Shown here one piece after another: positions 10,120 through 18,942 of a DNA stretch of 64,000 nt. The notes under the pieces are model-generated. The model saw only the letters and a program-made list of their open reading frames with translations, made no database searches and was not told where the DNA came from. The DNA comes from an uncultured Candidatus Saccharibacteria bacterium (GTDB lineage: Bacteria > Patescibacteriota > Dojkabacteria > J137): contig CAZSKK010000002.1 in the NCBI GenBank assembly GCA_964607415.1, forward strand, positions 73,991 to 137,990, in the 5' to 3' direction. Position 1 is the first letter of the stretch. Each line of letters opens with the position of its first letter. Both the position numbers and the translations under genes were made by a program.

Positions 10120-10954
10120 AATCATAATTTTGCTATCACTAATAATTTTAAACTTAATTTATGTAAGAGATCTTGGAGCTGTGATATTCTCTGATGCTAG
10201 TCAAGTAGAGATTGTGTTTATGGATGTTGGTCAAGGTGACTCCATTTTAATTAAAGATCACAAGACAATTGGTTTAATTGATGCTGGTCCTAACAACAAT
10301 ATTAGTTACCAAATCGATAAATTCATCCCCAAAAGTCGAACAACTCTCGATTTTGCAATAGCTACGCACTTGGACAAAGATCATATTGAAGGATTTTTAA
10401 GCATTCTGGATCGGTTTAAAATAAATAAGTTTTTTATAAATACATCCTCAAAGGATAACGAGTTAATAAAAGAGTTGAAGAATAAACTCGTATTAACCAA
10501 TACTACCACTTACGAACTGTTTTCTGAAAACGACTTCGAGACAGAAAATCTTTATTTTGATGTGTTATGGCCTTTAAAAGACGCATCAGAAAAGGAAAGT
10601 AATGAAAATTCCGTAGCCATTCTTATTAAATACAACAAAATCAGCATGTTTACAGCAGGAGATCTAGGTAGAATAAATGAGATGAAGTCTCTTGAAAAAT
10701 TTTTAGATGAAGATATTGATACAAATATATTAAAGATTGGGCATCACGGAAGTAAGACATCCACTTCACAAGATTTAATCAATTTCATTGAACCAGAAGT
10801 TGCAATAATACCTGTTGGCAAAGATAATTCCTATGGACATCCAGCTTTAGATACTCTGGACCTATTGGAAGCAAACAATATAAAAGTACTGCGTACAGAT
10901 CAGCTTCATAATATTAAATTAAAAACTAATGGATTTAGCTACACAATTTTGTAA
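10112..10954 (+). CDS. ComEC-type metallo-beta-lactamase domain protein (split C-terminal part)
   Basis: MDVGQGDS, THLDKDH, GHHGS, NSYGHP motifs. Confidence 0.9.
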   Translation: MNKIIILLSLIILNLIYVRDLGAVIFSDASQVEIVFMDVGQGDSILIKDHKTIGLIDAGPNNNISYQIDKFIPKSRTTLDFAIATHLDKDHIEGFLSILDRFKINKFFINTSSKDNELIKELKNKLVLTNTTTYELFSENDFETENLYFDVLWPLKDASEKESNENSVAILIKYNKISMFTAGDLGRINEMKSLEKFLDEDIDTNILKIGHHGSKTSTSQDLINFIEPEVAIIPVGKDNSYGHPALDTLDLLEANNIKVLRTDQLHNIKLKTNGFSYTIL

Positions 10955-11049
10955 AAATAGGTTATTATTCTTTGTTGAAATTAACTGGATTTACATATAT
11001 AATTACATGCCAATTAATTCCCAGAATCTAACATTAGTAAGTAAATAAT

Positions 11050-11226
11050 ATGGCCAAGAAGAACAAATCAAACGTATTTAGATTTATATATCCAGAAACT
11101 GGAGAGCATTACACTATTAGATTATCTAGAGAAGCATTTGATAAACTAGCAGATAAAAAGATAATGAAATATAGCTCTAAGCTTAAAAAACACGTTGAGT
11201 TCAAATTAACCAAGAAGGTAAAGTAG
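11050..11226 (+). CDS. rpmG: 50S ribosomal protein L33 (divergent, Cys-free)
   Basis: 58-aa basic ORF missed by the track: MAKKNK...TGEHYT...MKYSSKLKKHVEFK; canonical position before tRNA-Trp-secE-nusG. Confidence 0.8.
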   Translation: MAKKNKSNVFRFIYPETGEHYTIRLSREAFDKLADKKIMKYSSKLKKHVEFKLTKKVK

Positions 11227-11266
11227 ATTGAGTAAGAGAGCTACCATTTGAAAAGATCGAAGTTTT

Positions 11267-11338
11267 AGAGTCGTGATGTCAATGGTAGCATGACGGTCTC
11301 CAAAACCGTTCGTAGAGGTTCGAATCCTCTCGACTCTG
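11267..11338 (+). tRNA. tRNA-Trp(CCA)
   Basis: AGAGTCG...CGACTCT-G, anticodon loop CTCCAAA. Confidence 0.95.
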
Positions 11339-11352
11339 AATTTATAAGAACT

Positions 11353-11562
11353 ATGAAATTAATAAATATATTAAATATTGTGCCAAATTTTTTAAGCAAT
11401 GTTGTAGCTGAGCTTAAAAAAGTTACATGGCTTCCAAGAAACAATTTAGTTAAGTTTAGTATTTTTGTAATTCTAGTCTTGGTTATTGGAACACTTGTAA
11501 TATTGGGTTTTGATAAAATTTTTACAGAAATTAGAGGGGTTTTAATACTACAAAACATTTAA
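11353..11562 (+). CDS. secE: Preprotein translocase subunit SecE
   Basis: ELKKVTW motif plus single TM; start moved to ATG 11353, downstream of the tRNA. Confidence 0.9.
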   Translation: MKLINILNIVPNFLSNVVAELKKVTWLPRNNLVKFSIFVILVLVIGTLVILGFDKIFTEIRGVLILQNI

Positions 11563-11573
11563 AAATATTAAAA

Positions 11574-12164
11574 ATGGCAAAAAAAGAAGAAAATTTACAA
11601 GAAGAGATTAAAATGATTGAAGCACCAGTGAATTTAAAATGGTATATAGTAAGCAGCAGCTCAGGTCAGGAAAAAAAGACAGCCAAACTAATTGAACAAA
11701 GAGTAAAAGCAAATAGCCTTGAACATTTAATTACAGAAGTTGTTGTTCCAACTCAAGAGAAAGTAGTTATAAAAAGAGGTAAAAAACAAAATGTGGAGGA
11801 AAGAATTTTTCCAGGATACATTTTGGTTCATATGGCAGCTACCGATGATACTTTGCACTTGATTAGAAATACTGAAGGAGTAATTGGATTTATAGGATCA
11901 ACAAGTACAACCAAAAAGCCTACACCAATTTCAGAAAAAGAAGTTGAAAGTATTTTGGCATTTATGAAGGTTAAACAACCTGCTGTATTCCAATCTAATT
12001 TCAGTGTTGGAGATGCAGTTAAAGTTGTTGAAGGACCTTTCAAAGAATTTGTTGGTACTATTCAAGATGTTAACGAAGGAAAAGGTCAGGTTACTGTAAT
12101 TCTTTCTATGTTTGGAAGAGAAGTTCCTGTACAACTAGATTTTCTACAAGTTAACAAAATTTAA
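11574..12164 (+). CDS. nusG: Transcription termination/antitermination factor NusG
   Basis: KWYIV, FPGYILV, KOW motif GDAVKVVEGPF, MFGRE. Confidence 0.97.
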   Translation: MAKKEENLQEEIKMIEAPVNLKWYIVSSSSGQEKKTAKLIEQRVKANSLEHLITEVVVPTQEKVVIKRGKKQNVEERIFPGYILVHMAATDDTLHLIRNTEGVIGFIGSTSTTKKPTPISEKEVESILAFMKVKQPAVFQSNFSVGDAVKVVEGPFKEFVGTIQDVNEGKGQVTVILSMFGREVPVQLDFLQVNKI

Positions 12165-12212
12165 TTAATTTATCGCTAATAGCAAAGAGCTAAAAGCTAA
12201 TCGCTAACATAT

Positions 12213-12638
12213 ATGGCAAAAGAGATAGCAAATAAATTTAGTTTGGTTATTGCAGCAGGAAAAGCTAATCCAGCCCCTCCAATTGGACCTATTTTAGGTC
12301 AGAACGGAATTAATATCCAGGAGTTTTGCAACGAGTTTAATAAAAAGACTGCGGAAATGGGAAATGATGAGCTTCCAGTAGTTGTAACAGTTTTTAAAGA
12401 TAGATCATTTGTAATGACTATCAAACAACCAACTGTAACAAGCATGTTAAAAAGAAAGCTTGGATTGCAAAAAGGTTCTGGAACTCCTAATAAGGACAAG
12501 GTTGGCAAAGTTAAAAGAAAAGATCTTGTTGATATTGCAGAAAGAAAAATGCCTGATTTAAATACAAAAAAGATTGATTCAGCAGTAAAGATAGTTGAAG
12601 GTGTTGCAAAAAGCATGGGTATCGAAGTAACCGATTAA
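12213..12638 (+). CDS. rplK: 50S ribosomal protein L11
   Basis: AGKANPAPPIGPILGQ motif. Confidence 0.98.
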   Translation: MAKEIANKFSLVIAAGKANPAPPIGPILGQNGINIQEFCNEFNKKTAEMGNDELPVVVTVFKDRSFVMTIKQPTVTSMLKRKLGLQKGSGTPNKDKVGKVKRKDLVDIAERKMPDLNTKKIDSAVKIVEGVAKSMGIEVTD

Positions 12639-12666
12639 TTAATTTATAAATTTAAAATTTAAAGCA

Positions 12667-13356
12667 ATGAAAAAAGAAAATAAACTTGAAGGAATCGATA
12701 CAAAACTTCCAAAGACATTGGATGAAGCAGTTGAATTGCTTCCGAAACTTTCAACTAGCAAATTTGTAGGGTCTGTAGATGTGGATGTTGTTTTAAGATT
12801 AAAAGAAAATCAGAAAAAAGAATCCGTAAGAGGAAGTGTTGAATTGCCTAACAAGTTAGGAGAAGATAAAAAAGTAATAGTATTTTGTGATGCTAAAAAT
12901 GTAAGTCTTGCATTAAATGCAGGAGCTGTTAAGGCTGGACTTGAGGATTTAGTTGAGGAAGTAGTTAATGGTTTTAGCGATTTTGATGTTGTTATTGCAA
13001 CTCCAGATGTAATGGCTAAAATTGTAAAAGCAGGCAAAATTTTAGGCCCAAAAGGATTGATGCCTAATCCTAAAAATGGCACGATCACAACAGATATAGA
13101 AAAAACTGTAAAAAGTTTTAAATCTGGAAAAATTAGTTTTAGAATGACTCAGGATCAAGGGGTAATAAGATCAAAAGTTGCAAAACTTGATATGACTCCA
13201 GAACAAATAAAAGAAAATATCATGGCATTTCTATCAGCATGTTCAATTGAAGCAAAAAAACTAAATGGAGCCAATCCATTTAAAAAGATTGTTGTTTCCC
13301 CAACAATGGGCGCTGGTCTAAAGCTTGATGTTAATGATATAATGCGAAGGATCTAA
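12667..13356 (+). CDS. rplA: 50S ribosomal protein L1
   Basis: LGPKGLMPNPK, PTMG; follows rplK. Confidence 0.97.
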   Translation: MKKENKLEGIDTKLPKTLDEAVELLPKLSTSKFVGSVDVDVVLRLKENQKKESVRGSVELPNKLGEDKKVIVFCDAKNVSLALNAGAVKAGLEDLVEEVVNGFSDFDVVIATPDVMAKIVKAGKILGPKGLMPNPKNGTITTDIEKTVKSFKSGKISFRMTQDQGVIRSKVAKLDMTPEQIKENIMAFLSACSIEAKKLNGANPFKKIVVSPTMGAGLKLDVNDIMRRI

Positions 13357-13367
13357 CAATTTAATTA

Positions 13368-13555
13368 GTCAAAGAAAGCAGGCATTAATTAGTTTAAGTG
13401 TAAGTAGAAAGCAATAGGAATTATTTTTATTCTTTTTACATTAAACCAATTCTCTAAGCCCTACCGAGACCTATCATGTAAGATTCAAGACGAGCTTAAA
13501 CTCGTTACTTGAAGTTACACATTTAAGAGCGTCTCGAAGGAGGTGCTTTTTTTTG
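13368..13555 (+). promoter_or_regulatory. L10 leader (rplJL autoregulatory RNA) with terminator-like hairpin
   Basis: GTCAAAGAAAGCAGG...TAAGCCCTACCGAGAC resembles the L10-leader pattern; followed by GAGCGTCTC-GAAG-GAGGTGCTT and a T-run upstream of rplJ. Confidence 0.65.
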
Positions 13556-13613
13556 TTAAAGGTTATTCTTTTGACTTTTTATCTTTTACATTTAACTTTT
13601 AACACTTAAATAA

Positions 13614-14150
13614 ATGGCCAAATCTAAAGATCAAAAAAAGGAGATGCTTAAAGCCTACGTTGCAAAGCTGAAGGCTTCTAAATGTATAGTTATAGTAACT
13701 CCAAAAAAATTAACTGCAAACGATGTAGTTAAATTCAAAAAAGATATCTTTGAGACTCAATCAAGTTTCAATGTTGTTAAAAATACTGTTTTTAAAATTG
13801 CTCTAAAAGAAGCTGGGCTTCCTGAGGTTGAAAATTTAACCAGTGGTGAACATGCGGTTTTGTTCAGTGGAGATGACTTTGTCTCTGCAATAAAACAGTT
13901 AAAGAAATTTATGAACGATACCAAAGTCGGTGAAGATTATAAAATTTCAGTTGTTTCAGGAATCTTAGACGGAGCAAGCTTAACAAAAGAACAGGTAGTT
14001 GAACTATCTGATCTACCTACATTTGAAGGAAGCCTTTCTCAAATTGTTGGTATTCTTAACATGGCTCTTTCAAGTGTTATTACAGTTACTGAAGATCCAG
14101 TTAGAAGCTACATGAGTATAATTGAGCAAGCATACGCAAATAAACAATAA
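13614..14150 (+). CDS. rplJ: 50S ribosomal protein L10
   Basis: VVKNT motif, LSDLPT; lies between rplA and rplL. Confidence 0.93.
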   Translation: MAKSKDQKKEMLKAYVAKLKASKCIVIVTPKKLTANDVVKFKKDIFETQSSFNVVKNTVFKIALKEAGLPEVENLTSGEHAVLFSGDDFVSAIKQLKKFMNDTKVGEDYKISVVSGILDGASLTKEQVVELSDLPTFEGSLSQIVGILNMALSSVITVTEDPVRSYMSIIEQAYANKQ

Positions 14151-14194
14151 AAGTTATTATTACATTTTTAATTATTAATTTTTAATTTATTGAT

Positions 14195-14581
14195 ATGGCA
14201 ACAAAAAAAGTAACAGAGATCGTTGATCTTATTAAAGAACTTTCAGTAGTCGAAGCTTTTGAACTAAAGAAAGCTTTAGAAGAAGAGTTCGGTGTAAGTG
14301 CAGCAGCTCCAGTTGCAATGGCAATGGCTCCAGCAGCAGGCGGTGCAGCTGAACCAGTTGAAGAAAAAACTGAGTTCAATGTTGTTCTTGCAAATGCAGG
14401 TTCAAACAAAATCGGTGTTATTAAAGTAGTTAAGAATGCAACAGGATTAGGTCTAAAAGAAGCTAAAGATCTTGTAGATGGAACTCTTCCAGTTGTTGTA
14501 AAAGAAAATGTCAAGAAAGAAGATGCTGAAACTCTAAAGAAAGAGCTTGAAGAAAACGGAGCAACAGTAGAACTTAAATAA
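14195..14581 (+). CDS. rplL: 50S ribosomal protein L7/L12
   Basis: [10 protein letters not shown] hinge, [17 protein letters not shown]. Confidence 0.98.
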   Translation: MATKKVTEIVDLIKELSVVEAFELKKALEEEFGVSAAAPVAMAMAPAAGGAAEPVEEKTEFNVVLANAGSNKIGVIKVVKNATGLGLKEAKDLVDGTLPVVVKENVKKEDAETLKKELEENGATVELK

Positions 14582-14653
14582 GTTATTGGGGTTGTCCCAT
14601 AAATTGGCTTATCGCTTGTAAAATTGCTTTAAGTTCATTGTATTTGTAACTCA

Positions 14654-14704
14654 AGGCAGGTTTATTATATACTGATATGTTATAATAAACCTGCCTATTT
14701 TTTT
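14654..14704 (+). terminator. Rho-independent terminator after rplL
   Basis: AGGCAGGTTTATTATA/TATAATAAACCTGCCT inverted repeat followed by a T-run. Confidence 0.7.
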
Positions 14705-14717
14705 ACTTAAAAACATA

Positions 14718-15446
14718 ATGGATCAAATTTGGCAATTATTTTTAGACAGAGGGATTTCAGCTGAGGAATTGGAGATATTAAAGCATTCGCTTCTGCTTCT
14801 TTTAATGTTGCCTTTTGTTTCAACAGTTGTTGGAATAACAAGGCATATAATAGGAATCAGCAACATAAGTATTTATGCACCCATTGTTATAACATTTGCA
14901 CTTTATGAAATAAGTTTCGTAAGTGGACAAAATTATGTTTTTCAAGGTCTAAAATTGGGAACCATTCTGTTTTACACAGTTTTACTAACCTCCGCGCTCC
15001 TTTACTACTTTCTAATAAAGCAACTAAGGATGCACTATATTCCTAAAACAAGCTTAGTAATTACTGGAGTTAGTTTTAGTGTGGCTTTTTTATTATTCTT
15101 TAATGCTTACTTTAATAAAACAGGTTTCTTTAGTATTAATACATTTACACTTATCATGATAATTGCTTTATCCGAAGGGTTTATGTCCATTTTCCCAAAG
15201 AAAAATTTTAAGTATGCATTCATTATCAGTACTGAAACGTTTATAATTTCAGTAATTTGTTATCTTGTAATAACCTTAGAATCCTTCCAGGAAGTTTTAA
15301 AACGATATCCATATATAGTTCTTGTTACGATTTTGATAAACTTATTCGTAGGTAGGTTTACAGGCCTAAGAGTAACAGAATACTGGCGTTTTAAAGACTT
15401 ACTTCTGAAACAAGATGTCGACAATAACAACAATTCTCCAAAATAG
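14718..15446 (+). CDS. 7TM domain protein (7TM_transglut-like) associated with ATP-grasp ligase
   Basis: About 7 hydrophobic segments, RHIIG, HYIPK and C-terminal GRFTGLRVTEYWRFK signature. Confidence 0.8.
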   Translation: MDQIWQLFLDRGISAEELEILKHSLLLLLMLPFVSTVVGITRHIIGISNISIYAPIVITFALYEISFVSGQNYVFQGLKLGTILFYTVLLTSALLYYFLIKQLRMHYIPKTSLVITGVSFSVAFLLFFNAYFNKTGFFSINTFTLIMIIALSEGFMSIFPKKNFKYAFIISTETFIISVICYLVITLESFQEVLKRYPYIVLVTILINLFVGRFTGLRVTEYWRFKDLLLKQDVDNNNNSPK

Positions 15447-16851
15447 GAAAAGGGTTTTAGGTAGAAACGAGCGGTATCTAAACTTTATTAGACCTAGCAA
15501 CAAATCCCACGCTATAAAAATTGCTGACGATAAAATCCTTACAAAAAAGATTTTGAAAAAACATAATATCCCAGTAACTAAACAGCTTGGAGTAATAAAG
15601 AATAGAAGAGAATTAGAAAAATTTGATTTTGGATCTCTGCCAAAATCATTTGTAGTAAAACCAGTACGAGGTGTAAGAGGTGGTGGAGTTGAAATTTTTT
15701 ATAATAGAGACAAAGATGGCAATTGGATTAAGTCTGATGGTTCAAGGTTTACAATTGAAGATATAAAATTACTTTGCAGAGACATTCTGGATGGTAAATA
15801 TTCCTTATTCAATGAACCTGACACAGTTCTAATTGAAGAACGAATAAGAGCTCATAAGAATTTTAAATACTATGCATATAAAGGTGCCGCTGACATTAGA
15901 GTGATTGTCTACAATAAAGTCCCTGTAATGTCTTATGTCAGGCTTCCAACAAAAGAATCTCAAGGTAAAGCGAATTTAGATAAAGGGGCAATCGGCGCAG
16001 GAATTGATATGGCCGTTGGTAAAACTACTAACTCTATTATTGGAAAGTCTACAAAAATTGAATATCTACCTGAGTACAAGCTTCCTTTATCTGGTTTGAA
16101 AATTCCTTATTGGGATAGAATTTTAAGATATGCTGCAGAAGCAAGTGTGGCAACAGGGCTAGGTTTTGGTGCCATTGATTTTTTAATTGATAAAGAGCTA
16201 GGCCCGTTAATTGTTGAATTAAATGCAAGGCCAGGGCTTTCAATTCAACTCGCAAATGATGATGGGTTAAGATGGAGACTTAAAAAAACTGGAGACATTA
16301 AAGTTAATAAAATTGAAAAAGGTGTACGATTAGCAAAAGATTTATTTGGAGGTGAAATTGAAGAAGAAATTGAAGAAATCTCTGGTAAGCAGGTTATTGG
16401 GCTTATTGAAAACGTTAATATTTACGGTAAAGAAGAGAAATCTGAACTGGTGAAGGCTAAAATTGATACAGGAGCTACAATTTCTTCAATTGATGTGGAA
16501 CTTGCAAAAGAACTTGGTTTTAAAGAAGCAATCGAATATGCTCAAAGTATTTTAAGTGAAATCCCTCAAACATTTTCCTCAATTCACGAAGCAAAAGAGT
16601 ACGCAACTAAACACAACTTAAACGAAAGGCTTGAACAGCATCCAGATATTCAAAAAACTGCTATTGTCAAAGCGAGTAACGGAATTACTTATAGAATTCA
16701 GCTTCCAATGAAGCTTGAAATTTCAGACTTTCAGATAGATACTTATATTAATGTTGCAGATAGAAGCAACTTGCTTTATAAAGTCATTATAGGAAAAAGG
16801 GATCTTAAGAAATTTTTAATTGACCCTGCTAAAAGATTGAAGCTCAAATGA
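15415..16851 (+). CDS. Alpha-L-glutamate-ligase-like ATP-grasp protein fused to C-terminal RimK-associated retropepsin-like peptidase
   Basis: LGRNER, DDKILTK, ANLDKGA, ELNARPGLSIQLAN; C-terminal AKIDTGATISSID...IIGKRDL. Confidence 0.85.
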   Translation: MSTITTILQNRKRVLGRNERYLNFIRPSNKSHAIKIADDKILTKKILKKHNIPVTKQLGVIKNRRELEKFDFGSLPKSFVVKPVRGVRGGGVEIFYNRDKDGNWIKSDGSRFTIEDIKLLCRDILDGKYSLFNEPDTVLIEERIRAHKNFKYYAYKGAADIRVIVYNKVPVMSYVRLPTKESQGKANLDKGAIGAGIDMAVGKTTNSIIGKSTKIEYLPEYKLPLSGLKIPYWDRILRYAAEASVATGLGFGAIDFLIDKELGPLIVELNARPGLSIQLANDDGLRWRLKKTGDIKVNKIEKGVRLAKDLFGGEIEEEIEEISGKQVIGLIENVNIYGKEEKSELVKAKIDTGATISSIDVELAKELGFKEAIEYAQSILSEIPQTFSSIHEAKEYATKHNLNERLEQHPDIQKTAIVKASNGITYRIQLPMKLEISDFQIDTYINVADRSNLLYKVIIGKRDLKKFLIDPAKRLKLK

Positions 16852-17774
16852 AAGCTCAAATAGCATTATTTTCTGAAACGGATGATAACAACTATACTGT
16901 TGAGCGCTTTAAAACTGAGGCAGACAATTTGGGCTTGGAATTGGACCACTTAAGATACTCTGATATCAACTTCTTCTTTAAAAAAGGTGAGTTAAGAGCA
17001 TGGAGAGAAAATAGTAAAGATAAAGAAATCACCAATTACTACGATTACTTTATTTTTAGATGTACTAAAGATAAACATGGGAATAATTATAAACAAACAG
17101 CGGAAGTCATTAAAAGATTTGCTTTTGATAAAGGCAAAAGAATTCTTAATTTTACAGAAGAATCCAGAAATGTTTTTGGTAATACACCCAAAGTTGAAAC
17201 TTATAGAATTCTTTCTCAAAATAAAATACCAATAATTCAAAGTTTTATTTTCCCAAATGTAGTTTGTTTAAAGAAAAGTTTACCTGGCTTTAAATTCCCT
17301 TTAATTATAAAGAAAGTTAACGAAAGCCATGGGCGAGGGATAAAACTAGTACGCTCCGAGAAAGACCTGCTAAATTTTTTCGAGAAGCATACAAAAGTAT
17401 ATGAATTCCTCATACAAGAATACATTCAATCTAACTCTACTAACAAAGAGGACATTCGGATCATAACAATAGGAAAAAAGGTTTTGGGAGCTTATAAAAA
17501 AGTAGCACCTAGAGATTCTATTATCACTAACATTGCAAGCGGAGGCAATGCCGTTCCCATAGAATTAACTTCTGATATTATTACACTTGGTGAACAAGTA
17601 GCCGAGGCCATGAAGTTTGAATTTATGGGCATAGATGCTATTTATAACCAGGATGGAGAACTTTTAGTATTAGAAGTAAATCGAGCGCCACAGTTTGAAG
17701 GATTTGAAAAAGTAACTGGGAAAAATATACCAAAAGAAGTGTTACACCACATGCTAGACTCTACCCCCGCTTAA
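16848..17774 (+). CDS. RimK-family ATP-grasp alpha-L-glutamate ligase
   Basis: SHGRGI, IQEYI, EDIR, NIASGG, GIDAI, LEVNRAPQFEGFE. Confidence 0.88.
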   Translation: MKAQIALFSETDDNNYTVERFKTEADNLGLELDHLRYSDINFFFKKGELRAWRENSKDKEITNYYDYFIFRCTKDKHGNNYKQTAEVIKRFAFDKGKRILNFTEESRNVFGNTPKVETYRILSQNKIPIIQSFIFPNVVCLKKSLPGFKFPLIIKKVNESHGRGIKLVRSEKDLLNFFEKHTKVYEFLIQEYIQSNSTNKEDIRIITIGKKVLGAYKKVAPRDSIITNIASGGNAVPIELTSDIITLGEQVAEAMKFEFMGIDAIYNQDGELLVLEVNRAPQFEGFEKVTGKNIPKEVLHHMLDSTPA

Positions 17775-18768
17775 CACTCCTCTTAAACTGATCAATGTTA
17801 TTTAATGCTATTTCTAGGCCCCTAGCAACGCATAAAAGCGGTTCTTCCACTACATGAGCAGGAATACCTATCGAATTAGTAATTAGTTGATCCAGTCCAT
17901 CCAAAAGAGCTGTACCTCCACTTAACACCATTCCTCTATCGTAAATATCTGCAATTAACTCTGGTGGGGTTTTATCTAAAACTCGCTTTATAACATCTAT
18001 TATTTCATTTAAAACTGGCCTTATGGATTCTACAAGCTCAATATTTGTAACTACTACTGTATCTGGAAGGCCTGTTTTAATGTTTCTTCCCTTCACTTCC
18101 ATTTCTTTTTCATGTTTTGGAATTATTGCACTAGCCAGCTTAATTTTTATGTTTTCTGCAGTCTGCTCTCCGATAACCAAGCCCTTATGTGTTTTCAAAT
18201 AATTTATAATAGCGTTATTTAAAGCATCACCAGCACCCCTATAAGATGAATACGTGACAATACCATTTAGTGAAAGTACAGCAATTTCTGCGGTTCCCCC
18301 ACCAAGGTTTACAATCATATTTCCCGAAGATTCATGTATGGGCAATTTAGCACCAATGCTTGCTGCAATGGGTTCTGGGAACAAAAATATCTTTCCTGCA
18401 CCGACGGAGTTTAATGCCTGTATAACTGCTCTTTCTTCAACAGAAGTAAGCCCTGCAGGAACAGAAACTATTACTTCCGGTTTAAAAAATCTAATTTTTC
18501 CCAATGCATTGTTAAAAAAACGCTTCAACAACGCTTCAGCAAGTCGATAATTAGCAATCCCTCCATTTTTAAGTGGTCGTTTTGCTTCTAAACCTACAGG
18601 AACTTTTCCTAACATTTTTTTTGCTTCGTTACCTATTGCTACAACTTTTTTTTCCTTTGGAGATACTGCAACAACAGTAGGTTCATTAACAACTACACCT
18701 TTACCTTCTAGTATAATCACACAATTAGCAGTACCAAAATCAACTGCCATTTTGGGTTGTTTGAACAT
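17761..18768 (-). CDS. mreB: Rod shape-determining protein MreB (paralog 2)
   Basis: VDFGTAN, RPLKNGGI, NLGGGTAE, LSGGTA; likely start is ATG 18768 (MFKQPK). Confidence 0.92.
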   Translation of the reverse strand: MFKQPKMAVDFGTANCVIILEGKGVVVNEPTVVAVSPKEKKVVAIGNEAKKMLGKVPVGLEAKRPLKNGGIANYRLAEALLKRFFNNALGKIRFFKPEVIVSVPAGLTSVEERAVIQALNSVGAGKIFLFPEPIAASIGAKLPIHESSGNMIVNLGGGTAEIAVLSLNGIVTYSSYRGAGDALNNAIINYLKTHKGLVIGEQTAENIKIKLASAIIPKHEKEMEVKGRNIKTGLPDTVVVTNIELVESIRPVLNEIIDVIKRVLDKTPPELIADIYDRGMVLSGGTALLDGLDQLITNSIGIPAHVVEEPLLCVARGLEIALNNIDQFKRSVKRG

Positions 18769-18942
18769 ACCAGTGGTAGGTTTTGGAATTTTTATTGTTT
18801 TCAAACTCTTTTGAATAAATATTGTATAATTTGTGTGGCAATTAAATTGATTAAATTTTATCATAGTTAATAGCTATTAGCAGTTAGCTTTTAGAACTTT
18901 AGTATTTATTAACTTTTTGTAACTATAAGCTATTGACCAATT

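Noticed and set aside
8700-16851. Alternative genetic code (UGA = Gly/Trp)
   Set aside because: Long ORFs are intact under code 11, and TGA ends genes at ATGA overlaps (8707-8710, 16848-16851).
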